This document shows, piece by piece, positions 1 to 11,910 of a DNA stretch of 64,000 nt. The position numbers and the translations under genes are program-made. Source of the DNA: Felis catus. Its lineage: Eukaryota. The stretch lies in the NCBI RefSeq assembly GCF_018350175.1, contig NC_058377.1, positions 109,988,001 to 110,052,000 on the forward strand, read 5' to 3'. Each line of letters opens with the position of its first letter. Position 1 is the stretch's first letter. Below the pieces are notes generated by a model. It saw only the letters and a program-made list of their open reading frames with translations. It was not told where the DNA came from and made no database searches.

Positions 1-70
1 TCTTGTCCTCTGGGTCATGAGTTCAGGCCCCACCTTGTGTAGAGATTACTTAAAAATAAAATCTTAAAAC
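1..70 (+). mobile_element. Can-SINE (old short type), 3' part
   Basis: ggtcatgagttcaggccccac...agagattacttaaaaataaaatct. Confidence 0.8.
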
Positions 71-99
71 AAGACAAAACATATATATGTATATATATG

Positions 100-830
100 A
101 CTAATGAGTCAAGGAAGAAAACACAATGAAGGCAAAATATCTCAAACTGAACAAAACAAAAGCACAGCGTATCAGAATTTGTGTAGTGCAGCTGACAGAA
201 GTGCTTTAGAGGGAAATTGAGAACTTTACATCGGAAAAAAAGAAAGCTTTAAAATCAGTATTCTATGATTCTACCCTAAGAAGCTGGAAGAAGTTTGGCA
301 GGTTTTCCAAAAAGTTAAATATTTTTACCACATGACCCAGCAATTCTACTCCTAAATATATACCCAAGAGAACTGAAAACATATATTTACACAAAAACCA
401 GTACACAAATGTTTATAGATGCATCAGTCCTGTAGTCAAAAAGTCGAAACAAAAAGCCAAATAAGATAAGCCAAAAAAAAAAAAAAGAACAAGTTAAATC
501 CCAAAAAATGAGTAATGAGAGCAGGAATTAGTGAAATAGAAGTACATAAAGAACAGAGAAAGTTAGCAGAACCAAAAGTTGGTTCTTTGAAAAAAATCAG
601 TGAAATTGATAAACCGCTAGCAAGATGGATTAAGAAAAAAAAGAGGGAAAATGCAAATTACCAATTATCAAGAACAAAAGGGTGAAAGAGAGCAAAGGAG
701 AGTAAGGACTTTCAGGCTGATCGAATATTCTAGATCTCAATTGGGTTGATGGTTACCCCAGTGTATACATTTACCAAAACTATATGCTTAAAATCTGTAG
801 ATAAATTATATTTCAATAAAGTGAAAAAAA
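100..830 (+). mobile_element. Degraded L1 fragments
   Basis: A-rich, with L1 hallmarks 'gacccagcaattctactcct...acccaagagaactgaaaac' and 'gttggttctttgaaaaa...aaattgataaacc'. Confidence 0.75.
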
Positions 831-843
831 TTTATGAATTCTA

Positions 844-957
844 GGGGCGCCTGGCTGGCTCAGGAGGTAGAGGTCACAATTCTTGATCTCGGAGTCATGA
901 TTTTAAGCCCCACATTGGGTGTAGAGCTTACTTAACAGCAACAACAACAACAACAAA
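844..957 (+). mobile_element. Can-SINE (old short type) with (CAA)n tail
   Basis: ggggcgcctggctggctcag head. Confidence 0.8.
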
Positions 958-1369
958 ATTCTGCATATTGTTATCTCTAATTCAGATCTGACATTTCTGG
1001 ATTTTTCCTCACCTTCCTTCATTCCATATTTTATCTCCCTTTTTTCACAGTGTAATCTCTGATTTCCAACATCTATATATTTATTCATTTTTTTGTATCT
1101 TTCATACAAAAACAACAACAGTTTTAGAATTCCTACGCTGATATTATCAACAACAAACCAATTAAGTAAAGCTCAAGTGTTTTGTTTTTTTTTTTTTTTT
1201 TTTTTTTTTGTGGTCCTTAGGAAGTCCATGAACTGTATTGAACATTTATTTGAATTCTTGTGTTATTTTTTTCTGTACAATTATGTTACCATTCGTTTCT
1301 GGTTTACTCCTCCTGTGTTTCTTTTTTCAGATATATATCTTATTTTCTTATTTTCCCTTCTTTCTTACA

Positions 1370-1775
1370 CAAAGGTAGCATACTACATATTTGGCAATCT
1401 ATCATGGAAATCACTCTGTATCAGCTTTTTTTTTTAATAGCTACACAGTATTGCACTGATGGGTTTATTTAATCAGCTTCCATGGAACTTAGGTGCTTTC
1501 CAACATTCTGTCATTACAAATAATGCCACAGTGAATAAGCTTGTGCACACGTTGCTATAGGTCTGTGGAAGTGAATCTTCGGGAGAAATTCCTAGAAATA
1601 GCTTTTCTGGGTCAGAGGGTAAATGCCATTCTGTCTTATTAGCACTACCAAATCCCTCTCTCTGGGAGGCTGGGCCAATTTTATGCTCTTACAAGTTTCC
1701 CCTCAGCTTGCCAACTGAGATACACTGTCCAAGTTTTTTAGTTTTTGCCAATCTTATTTAAAGGTGGGAATCTTG
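1370..1775 (-). mobile_element. Old L1 3' fragment (similar pieces at about 3130-3366 and 3642-3960)
   Basis: 'ttccaacattctgtcattacaaataatgccacagtgaata...ttcctagaaatag...tgggtcagagggta' is typical of old L1M 3' ends. Boundaries approximate. Confidence 0.6.
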
Positions 1776-1979
1776 CGATGCCTGGGTGGCTCAGTAGTCG
1801 ATTAAGCGTCTGACTTTGGCTCAGGTCATGATTTCGCAGTTCGTGGGTTCGAGCCCCACATCCGGCTCTGCGCTTGCAGTGTGGAGCCTGCTTGGGATTC
1901 TCTGTCTCCCTCTTTATCTGCCTCTCCCCTGCTAGCTTTCTCTCTCTCTCTCTCTCTCTCAAAAAAAAAAAAAAAAAAA
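1776..1979 (+). mobile_element. Can-SINE
   Basis: tRNA-derived head, (CT)n tract, poly(A). Confidence 0.9.
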
Positions 1980-2416
1980 GTGGGCATCTTGTCATATATT
2001 TAAGGGTAGACTAGAAACTCTTTAAGGCTCAGAACCCAAGGTGCGGACTTCACATACTGCTCACACTAACAGGTGCCCCTGCCCTGTACTTGTTAAATGA
2101 GTAAAGGAAAAAACTGGTCGGACCTCTACCGGACTCATCATGTTGGGACTGTTGTGAAACCGGTCACCATGACAGTTGACTCATGTCCCAGCGTGGGCAG
2201 TGCCAGACGCCTGGCTGGGAGCTAGTGAAAAAGAAGAGGAGACGGGTCTCCCCCCCCTGCCAACACTCCCCCTCCCCCCCAGAACAGGTAGAAGACCCTT
2301 CTGTCCCCGTGGAACGTAGTAAGAGTACAGCTTTACGAGTCCAGAGATATCCACAGAGCCACTGCAACGCATGACACAATGCCCCCTTTACCCTAGTAGA
2401 ATTGTCTCTAGTATTT

Positions 2417-2609
2417 TTGTTTAATGTTTGTTTATCATTGAGGAGAGGGAGGGGGAGAGAGGGAGGGAGACACAGAATCCAAATCAGGCTCCAGGCTCTG
2501 AGCTGTCAGCACAGAGCCCGATGCGTGGCTCAAATCCACGATTGGAACCGTGAGATCATGACCTGAGCTGAAGTTGGATGCTTAACTGACTGAGCCACCC
2601 AGGCGCCCC
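2417..2609 (-). mobile_element. Can-SINE
   Basis: TSD ctctagtattt on both sides. Confidence 0.9.
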
Positions 2610-2669
2610 TCTAGTATTTATACTATTTGTTAAATATGTCGGCATGAACATGGTAAGACTTTTTTTTCC

Positions 2670-3112
2670 TTCTTTTTTTTTTTTAAGTGTATTTATTTGA
2701 GAGAAAGAGTGCAAGTGGGAAAGGGGCAGAGAGAGGGAGAGACAGAATCCCAAGCAGTCTCCGCACTATCAGTGCAGAGCCCAACGCAGGGCTCGAACTC
2801 ACAAACTATCAGATCTGAGCCAAGATCAAGAATTGGGTGCTTGGGGCGCCTGGGTGGCGCAGTCGGTTAAGCATCCGACTTCAGCCAGGTCACGATCTCG
2901 CGGTCCGTGAGTTCGAGCCCCACATCAGGCTCTGGGCTGATGGCTCGGAGCCTGGAGCCTGTTTCTGATTCTGTGTCTCCCTCTCTCTCTGCCCCTCCCC
3001 CGTTCATGCTCTGTCTCTCTCTGTCCCAAAAATAAATAAAAAACGTTGAAAAAAAATTAAAAAAAAAAAAAAAAGAATTGGGTGCTCAACCAACTGAGCC
3101 ACCCAGGCGCCC
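2670..3112. mobile_element. Minus-strand Can-SINE interrupted by a young plus-strand SINEC_Fc (2843-3072)
   Basis: TSD aagaattgggtgct at 2828-2841 and 3073-3086. Confidence 0.9.
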
Positions 3113-3382
3113 TGAGATTTTTTTCTTATTGATTGATTAAACAGGTAATACAGCCGCATAGTTCAAAATTCAAAAGTACTGTCAATGAAGATTTCCCTTC
3201 GTTCCCTATTTCCAACCCACCAAATTACCTTCCTCTCAAAGGTAACTAATGGCATCAGTTTCCTAGGTGTCCTTTCAGAGATATTTATGCACAATACAAG
3301 TGAATACACACATCTTTACCCAAATAGTAGCCTGTTCTATAAATCCTTTTTTTCCCCACTTCACTTTCTTCACGTATATTTT

Positions 3383-3625
3383 TTTTTTTAAATTGATTTG
3401 AATCCTCAGCAGCTTTTTTTTTTTTTTAAGTTTACTTATTTTTGAGACAGAGAGAGACAGAGCATGAACGGGGGAGGGGCAGAGAGAGAGGGAGACACAG
3501 AATCCGAAGCAGGCTCCAGGCTCCGAGCCATCAGCCCAGAGCCCGACGCGGGGCTCGAACTCACCGACCGCGAGATCGTGACCTGGCTGAAGTCGGACGC
3601 TTAACCGACTGCGCCACCCAGGTCG
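3383..3625 (-). mobile_element. SINEC_Fc with bipartite tail
   Basis: TSD tcttcac(g/a)tatatttt at 3367-3382 and 3626-3641. Confidence 0.9.
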
Positions 3626-5199
3626 TCTTCACATATATTTTAGATTTCATTCTATTCTACACCAAAACATGCAGAGCTTGCTTGAACTTTTTCACAGTAC
3701 AGTGTCCTTCGTATACTGTAACTTACTTTACCGGTACCTTAGTGATAGACATTTAGGCTGTTTATAGTCTTTGCTATTGCAAATGGTAAGATAAGAAATA
3801 ACCTTATGTATGTTCTTTTAGACATACAAGTGTGTCAGTAGGATACATTTCTAGATGTGGACCAAAAGGGATATGTGCATTTGTAATTTTGACAAATAGT
3901 GCCCATGTGGCGTCCTTGGAGCTGTACCAGTTTACATCCCAGCAGGGTGGGACTGTGGGGGAGGATCCTGGGCTGCCATCCCCCTGAGAGCATGTGGGCG
4001 GCGCGGGGGGGGGGGGGGGGACGCCTGATGGCCCTTTGCACTCTGTATGGGATGATCCTCTCTGCCCTGCACCTAAGCGGACCTCGGATGAGCGCTCTGT
4101 GGGCAGGCCCAGTGGAGGCACAGGCTTCGAAACGGGAAGTGAAACAGAGCCCGCTTTGACAGCTTCTGAAGTTTGACAGCTTTGACGCCCTCCATGCTGA
4201 GCAGGCTCTAGAAAAAGACGGCTCCTGCCATCAAGGCCACACAACCCCCAGGAGAAGCGACTTAGACAGGGACCAGACTTCATTCGTCCGGCACATACAC
4301 AATCCTCACAGGCTGGACAGGACCAACAGCCCAAGCAGGAGGCATGAGTGCCTACTACATAGCCAACCCTGGGCTGGACACACAGCACCGGGATGAGGCA
4401 GTCTCTAGCGGAGGCAGTGAGATGTATTGTCGCAATGAGACGTGCCCTCATAAAATATAAACACAGAAATCCTTAACTCCTCTTGGGGAAGGCTGCCCCG
4501 AGAAACGGCATGTGGCCAAGGGCGGGACTTGCAGGTCTGGAAGCCAGCAGAACCTCTCCGCGAGGTGGAGGCATCTGCCCCAAAGGAGGTTTCTGGGAAA
4601 TGCCTTTTCCTTCAAGAGACTAAGGACCACAGCAGAGCTCAGGAAGGACCCGGGACCCTGTCCACCTTCCGTCCTCCCTGCTCGTTCTGAAATACTTAGC
4701 TACGGGGCCGTCTTCGGGAAGTCCGCGTGCACTCCTGTCCTGTGGCCCTATTCGCATTAGCTCCAGGCCCCCCTCTCCCACCAGGAAGCCCTCGGAGCTG
4801 AGGCACCGGAGCTCCAACCGTCCGCATCCTCCGTGACCGGCACGAAGTTGTTTTCTGGTGTAGCACTCGGCTGAACGAACTATGGAGAACACAAGCCGTC
4901 ACGTTGAGGATCCCGTAAGTCCTGGAGGTGGAGCTGACCCCAAACCACGTCAAGCTGCCACTGCTGTGGCCTCATTCCACCTCTAGACCCTTTCGGAGAC
5001 ATGTTCCTTTCCCTGATTTACTTGAGTTTCTTGGCAAATTAGCTCCTTAAGCCTGACGTTACCGGCACGTTTGTCTGAGTTTGAGGGTGGAAAAAGGCCG
5101 CCACACCTGAGTCACTAGAGAATGAATCAGTGTGGCCTTCATCGGTGGGTGTGGCACTGGTAGTCACTGTGGCAGCTGGGGACGGCAGAATGGGGACAG

Positions 5200-6400
5200 A
5201 TGGACATAGGAAATGTGAGGGCAGAGGGCGGGCCGTCCTCCTCTTTCCATCTCCTCCTCGTGATCTCTCCCTTGACGCCTGGCAGCATGACACCAGCCGT
5301 TTGCGAAGTTCTCGGGAACCTCCCGGACACTGCTCTGCCTCGGCTCTCCTGCCACTCGGCCACTGTCCCTTCTCCTTGGCTGGTCTTCCACCTTCTAGAG
5401 AGGGTTTCCCGAGCGCCATCTTTGGTCTTGTCGCACCACCTCCCTGTCTCTCTTCACCCCCTGAGGACCCCTCCACGCGCATGGGCTCAGCTGTCGCTTC
5501 TGTGCAGGCGGTCCCCCCTGCCCTGGATGCCACCTCTCCCTGACCTCGCCACTGGACTTGACCTCTAAGTTGCCGCTGCCTACTGGATGTTTCCTTTTGG
5601 GAGTCCTGTCATCGTCTTAAACTGAACAGGCATGAAATCGAGCCGGCTCCTCCTCCCAGATTCCAGTCTCCTGCCCGTGGCACCAGCCTTCTCTCACGCA
5701 CCCGTGCTCAAACCCTGAGTCATCTTCGACGCCTCCTCCCCACTCCTCCCTTCCCAAACGCAGGCCTTGCCCCCTGCCTTTGCAACATCTCTCGTTGCTC
5801 CCTGTCCTTTGCCTTCTGACTGCTAACCCAGCATCTCAGCACCCATGTCCTGAATATTGAATAGCTTCTGCTGCGGTCTCCCTGCCTGCGCTTTCTTCCC
5901 TGCAAGTCTTTCTTCCTACCTGGCCAGACAGATTCTCCGGAATGATTATTTTTATCCTATGTCTCTCTTGCTCAACAACCTTCAGGCGCTGTCTTCGCTG
6001 TGGATAAGTGCAGATTCCTTCACCTCAGGCTCCAGGCCCTACGTTTGGCCCCAGCCCTCCTTGCTGGCTTTAGCCCACATGACGCGAGTGCAGGCGTCAG
6101 ATTCCGTTCCCGACGCTTACGTGCTGTGTGACCCTCGGGCAAGCACTTAACCTCACTCTGCCTGAATCTCTTCCTCAAAGTCTCTTTGTAAAGATTTTAG
6201 CACCTGAGAGGATAAACAGCACTTAGAACAGTCTGGATATGGAGCAGGCACCGAGATGCTAGCTGTTTAGTGCACCGATCCTCACTAAGCAAGTGCCGCA
6301 ATCTGTGCGCCCTCCCCTGGGCGCACACGGCCGCCCCTGCTTGTTACCTTTGCTCTCGGCCCGGTCCCTCAATCTAGAATGCTCTTCTCTGCCCATCTCC
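5200..6400. mobile_element. Degraded L2 fragments with an embedded MIR-like piece
   Basis: 'ctactggatgtttcc...ttaaactgaac' is L2-like; 'gtgtgaccctcgggcaagcacttaacctc' is MIR core. Boundaries approximate. Confidence 0.55.
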
Positions 6401-6680
6401 TCTTACTCACCCTTCACGGGCCCCTGACCTCCCATTTTGCTTCCGATAAACGTTTCTTGGCCACTTCCTGCAGGGCCGCTCCGCCTGGTCGGGTGGTGCT
6501 GGGCGTGTCGAGCCGGCCGCAGGCCACTCTCGGCACAGCTTCCTGGAGGGGTCGGTTTACTTGACGAGTGAGTTCACCCATTTTTAATGCTGCAGCAGCT
6601 ACCTCAGTAATATCATGGAGTAGAATGCAAGACTGGCAGAAGATTTTGAAGAAAAAAGATGCAACTAGTAAGGATGTTCA

Positions 6681-6858
6681 GGGGCGCCTGGGTGACTCAG
6701 CCACTTAAGCGTCCGATTTTGGCTCGGGTCATGATCTCACAGCTCGTGAGTTCCAGCCCCGCGTCGGGCTGTGCGCTGACAGCTCAGAGCCTGGAGCCTG
6801 CTTCGGATTCTGTCTCTCTGTCTCTCTCAAAAATAAATAAACAAACATTTTTTAAAAA
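6681..6858 (+). mobile_element. Can-SINE
   Basis: Typical head and A-rich tail, imperfect TSD. Confidence 0.9.
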
Positions 6859-7399
6859 GAATATTCAGAGTGGAGGTGTCTCAGGCCACCCCCCAGCTGC
6901 GGTAGGGGGTCTTCATTCATTCTGCAGCGGAAGGGGTGAGGTGCTAAAGTAAGGCAGGGACGGCCAATGGAGCGGGAGGTGGCTGTCTCTGTGCTCGGGG
7001 TCCCCACAATGAGGGTCCTTTTAAGTGCAGCGCTCTCTCCTCCCTGAAGACTCAGTACCTATACCGCTCCCAGTTGCCCCAAAGTAGCCTGTATATTGTT
7101 TTCTTAACTTTCCACATGGGTAGATCTCATCTCTCCAACAGCGCCCTCAGCACCCAGGGCGCAGGCCCAGCGGGGTGCAGGTGTTGGGTAACGCACTGCG
7201 GAAGGCAGCCCCAGGTGTGAGTCCGGCCCCGGGGTTTACTGAGGGAGTAAGTTGCTTTTCTTTCCGGCCCCCTTATCTGTCAACTGTGGCTAATACTTAC
7301 CTAATGAGAGTGTTTTGAGTCACTCCAGTCAACTAGATAAGGCATGTGCAGCTTTCAGCTCAGCAGATGGCACGCAGGGCACTTAGTAAACCTCAGACC

Positions 7400-9040
7400 C
7401 CTCCGAGCTACGTGAGGCTCTCAGCAAACATCGGATTCTCGAATGTTCCCACTGATAACTATACCTTCCCACCTGCGTCTACACCCACATCCTTGGCCTC
7501 CCTTCCTGTCACGCTGGATGCTCCTACCTGAGGCCAGCCTCTCCCTGGGTACCAGTCCTGGCCCTTGTCACTCTCACAAAGGCCTCATATGACTGCTGTC
7601 TCTGTCTCCTGCGGCATCAGTACCCTCCCTGTTTGCTCACTGTCTTCACTGGGTGATCATGCTGTGGTGTCACTCTCTCTAAAGCAAAAGACAAAACGGC
7701 ACATCAAAACCCCTCCTTTGATCCCACGTCCCTCTGGTCACCGCTGTATTCCTCTGCTCCCTTTCCAGCAAAACTCCCTGGAAGAGTTGGCACACTCCCC
7801 TTTCCACTTCTGCCACTCGCTCTGAGCCCCCTGCAGCACACTCTTACCTGGCAGTCACGGAAACTTCTTGTCTCTGGTGACCTCTGCATGGCCAAGTCCA
7901 GCATTCGGCCCTCAGGCTTCATCGTACCAGCCTCTCCAAAGCACCTGAGACCCTGAAATGCCTTCTGTCCAGGCCCCCCGGGCCTGCAACTCCTGATTTT
8001 CCTCCGGCCCTGCCGCCCACAGTCTCCTTCCTCGCCTCGAAGCATAGAAGTCCCGGGCCTGTCCTTGGACCACTTCTCGTCTCTGTCTGCAGTCACCGAG
8101 GTAACTTTATCCACGCTCAGGGCTTTAAATGCCACCTAAGAAACGTCCTCATTTACATCTCCCATCCAGAGCTCCCCAGAATTTCAGGCTGGCGTATCCA
8201 CCGCCTACTCCCCCGCTCCGCTGGGGCGTCACCCACTTCAGGCGCGGACTCTTGGTTCCCCAGCACCCCCACCCCCACCCCTCACACAGCCTTCCCCATC
8301 TCAGTCATGGGAACTCTGGCTTTCCAGACACTCAGGCCGAGGCCTTTGGAGTTCTCCTTCGCTCCTCTCTCCCTCAAGCCCACAACCGACTGATCTCCCC
8401 ACCCTGGTCCAAATCACCGTCACCTCTCTCGAGGCCGACCCCGAAAGCCTGAGCAGTTTTGCTGCCTCTTTTTCCCCCAACCCCACAATCTGTTCTCCAC
8501 CAACCGCCAGAGTAGTGTTTTCAACACATAAGCTTGATTGTGTCATTTATTGGCTCAAAACCCACCACTGTCTTCCTCTCTCACTCCGAATAAAATCCAG
8601 ATTCCTTATCTAGGCCTGAGAGGCCCTGCGGGACCGGCCCGCCACCTCTCTGGCCTCATTTCCCCTCGCACTCCCCTGGCACTGCCCTCGCTCCCTCTGC
8701 CCTGGCTGCGCCGGCCTCCATGCTGCTCCAGGGCCAGGCTGTGAACTCTCCTGCCTTGGGGAGTGTGCTTGCTGCTCCTTCGGTCCCAAGTACCACAGAG
8801 GTGCAAGGCTCATTCCTGTACTTCGCTCAGGTCTGCTCAAATGCCGCCCTGTCAGGGAACTTCCCTGATCAACCTCTCTAAGCACCCCTGGCATTCTTTG
8901 GCCTCTAACCCTGATGTGGCCTGCCACCGACCGCCACGTGGCATAATATTTGCCCGTGGGCCTTCCTTCATCTCTCACCACCGACAACACCCAAGAGGAC
9001 CTCTAGAGCCCGGCGTACGGAGGATGCTCAGCAAATGGGC
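7400..9040 (+). mobile_element. Long degraded L2 element
   Basis: Pyrimidine-rich L2 ORF2 and 3' motifs ('ggtgacctctgcatggccaagtcca', 'tggctcaaaaccc...gaataaaatccagattcctta'), ending in an L2-type 3' terminus. Confidence 0.65.
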
Positions 9041-9700
9041 AGGGGCACGGGCATGGATGGGTATGGATGGGAAGAGCCTGATGCACGTGGCCTCTCATCT
9101 CTGTGCCACCACGGACCTGCTGGCACTGCTGAGCAACTCCGCAGAGCCCTTCTGGGCTTCGGGCTCCTTCTCCGTAAAACGTACCCTGATGGCCCTTTAG
9201 GAACTTTAGAGATTATTCATTTAAAGAGCTTGAGGCATGGGCAGCGCCCAGTACAGTGGGGGCTGAGGGGGCCACTTGGCTGCTCTGTAGGCCTGTCCCC
9301 AAGGAGTTATAGTCGTGCGGTCTCTGTCCGCTCAGGATGGAGTGAAGGTAAACTAGTATGAGGAGTACTGACTCCATGCCATCCCAAGGTCCCCTAAGCG
9401 TTGTTTCTGCTCCACCCAGTTCCCCATCAAAGCCCATCAGATGATGCCCATCTCCAAGCAGGACCTGCAGGCTGGACTTCCCCAAGTATACTTCGGATCC
9501 AGGTGGCCCCAGTGTGGGGAAGCAGAGGTGCTTGCTAAGAATGCGTAGGTCTGGGCTTTATGATGCGTGGGCCTATGGAGTCCCCTCTGACAAAGGACCC
9601 ATTTTTGTGAGGTGGGCTACACTGGACAGGCGGGATGGCAGGTCAGGTAGAGAGTCAGGCGACTTCTTTGAAGGTGACTAAGGAGTAGTTTCCCTGTACA

Positions 9701-9714
9701 CCACCAGGGGGCGC
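9701..9714 (+). promoter_or_regulatory. CTCF core motif
   Basis: CCACCAGGGGGCGC, exact consensus core. Confidence 0.6.
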
Positions 9715-9907
9715 CAGAGGTTGCTCAGCTCTAATGAGGACTTGTCCCACCATCTATTAAGGCGTCTTTCTTCCATCTCAGATCTAGGATGGGACAACAG
9801 AGGGAAAGCACGGTGCCGGCTCTTTCCCACCTATCAACTTGCTGATTGCTGCCAGCCCAAACAGGGCCACATTGAGGCACTGGAGGTCAAGCTTCCAGAC
9901 TCTGTTC

Positions 9908-9913
9908 TTTATT
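9908..9913 (-). terminator. POLD4: Probable POLD4 polyadenylation signal AATAAA
   Basis: tttatt on the + strand about 450 nt downstream of the stop codon. Confidence 0.65.
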
Positions 9914-10362
9914 GATAAGCATTAATGAACCCCTTGCCAGTTCTGCCCTCGGATTCCCAGCCTTAAGTGGGGAGTGTGCCTTTGCCTCTTAGACACCTGC
10001 CTGAGTCTGGCTTTGTCCAAGGCTGTGCCCCTCTGCCACGCTATTCCCCAGACCACAGCATTTGGGTCAGGGAGGTGTGTACCAGGCATCTGAAGGCTCA
10101 TGGTCAGGTCCTGGTCCTCAGAGACCACTCTCCATGTAGGAAGTGCAAACTTCAGCTGTGTTGGCTCCCAGAGGGGGCGCCAGGAGCCTGCTGGTTAGAT
10201 GGAAGGCTGAGCCCCAGAGACCTCCAGATTCAGCCTCTTTCCTCTTCACACTCTTCACAGCCAAACACTCTCATGGCAGAACTGAGCCAAGGGGGCAGCA
10301 AACTGGCTCCCGCTTGGGTCCCGAGGTCCTGGGATGGCAGGCAGGAGGCCTGGGGCGGTGCC

Positions 10363-11483
10363 TCAAAGGGGATAGACGTGCCAGAGGCTGTGCAAGGGGA
10401 GGGGGAGGGGAAAATCAGAGCGAGTCAGTTAAGTCCTTGATCTGATTTCACCAGCCCCAATTCTTGGCCATGGCCTATAGTCCTTGGCCAACCCCTCTGT
10501 ACTAAATAGAGAGTCCCTTGGGCCCTGGGTGCACTCTTCCCCCACCATTAGCTCAGAGCTAAGAAGTATTAAAGCCATCTTCTGCCTTCCTGAGCCAGGC
10601 ACCCTGTAGAGCCTTCTCGCCCGTTCAGCAAAGCCCAAGAGCCTTCACCCATTTCTTCCTCAGGTCAGGGCAGCCCCCACCTGGGGCCAGCAGGCTGCTG
10701 GTGCCTGACGAAAACCCTGGCCCCCCTGAAAGCCCTCCCTGGCCTGTCTCTGACCTGTACTGGAAGCGGGGATCTCCAGGGTGGGTCTGCAGCACCTGGC
10801 GCACTTCAGCGGGGGGCTCCAAGCCCATCTGCTCGGCCCGATGCCAGCGCTGCAGCCGCGTGATCCCTGCCAGGGTGGGAAGAAGACACTGAGTCCAGGC
10901 TAGAGAATGTGTGTGGAGGGGTGTGTTGGGACCTCCACACCCCCCAGTCTCAGTAGACCCAGGCAGGGGCTTGGCCTGCTTCAGGGACGTGTGGCTGACA
11001 GGACTGTCTCCAGGATGTGCTCCTGGGGCCTGAGGGGGTTCTCACCTGTGCAGGGCCCATATTGCCAGGCCAGATCAAACTGCCTCAGCAGCTCCAGCTC
11101 TGCTTCATCCACGCTCAGAGGCTGGGGCTCTTCCCCTGCAATGACATGCTGCTTCTCAGGCCTGCCCGGGGCCTATGCCCTGCAAGGCCAGCCCCCGGCT
11201 GCTCGCTTCACAGCTGTCCCACTGCTCCCCGGCCCTCGCCACCCCTTGGCCTCCGCCGGCCGTTGCCAGGCCTGGACTAGGAAGTAGAGGACGCACTTCG
11301 CTTCCCCTGCCATTGCCCGCGTCCACCCACGTCCTCTCATGCCCCTCGGTGGTGTCCACTGCTCCCGCCCCCCAATCTTTAGAGACCTAGCTCTGGCGCC
11401 AGCTCCCCCTTGCTGTGCCCAGCGGGGCCCTCCCGCCTCTTCACTACAGGGTAGGAGTCAGTGATGAGCCGCTTCCGGCCCAT
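10363..11483 (-). CDS. POLD4: DNA polymerase delta subunit 4 (p12), 107 aa; complement(join(10363..10387,10755..10866,11046..11135,11387..11483))
   Basis: Spliced translation MGRKRLITDSYPVVKRREG...ELLRQFDLAWQYGPCTGITRLQRW...SLWHVYPL* matches recalled p12. Exons of 97+90+112+25=324 nt, all introns GT-AG, gccgccATGG Kozak. Confidence 0.97.
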
Positions 11484-11699
11484 GGCGGCCACCCAGGCAG
11501 GCAAAGAAGGAGGCGACTGCGAGGAAGGAGACAGGCCAGCGGGCACGAGAGAGACAGCTGCTGAGAGAGAGAGAGTGAGAGAGGGCTGAGGCCAGAGAGC
11601 GAGCCTGGGGCCAGCGACAGGCAGACACGGTGACCCAGACTAGCCGAGAGGAAGTCCGCTGCTTCCAGGGAATGACGCCTGTCCCCCACCCCCACAAGC

Positions 11700-11910
11700 A
11701 CGCAAACATTAAAGACCTGAGCCAATGGCTGGCCACCTCTGCGGGGCGGGGCCCGGCTTCAGCCAATGGCAGGCGGCGCAGGCAGAGGGGGCGGGGCCGC
11801 TGCTGCAGCTGTGTTCTGGGGGAGAAGGGGCGAGGCTGGGGTGGGAGACCTGTCAAGATGCCCCAGACGGCACCACCTCCTCCTGCCCCCCCTCCGCCCC
11901 ATTGGGCTGC
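11700..11910 (-). promoter_or_regulatory. POLD4: POLD4 promoter with CCAAT and GC boxes
   Basis: CCAAT at 11722 and 11763, ATTGG at 11901, GGGGCGGGGC boxes near 11743 and 11788. No TATA box seen. Confidence 0.65.

Noticed and set aside
3442-3756. SINE-derived ORFs (also 17096-17388, 36544-37111, 59632-59850)
   Set aside because: Translations of Can-SINE consensus, not genes.
9441-9502. Possible third exon continuing the 4882 small ORF
   Set aside because: Open in the required phase, but the acceptor and donor (gtggcc) are weak, so it is too speculative.
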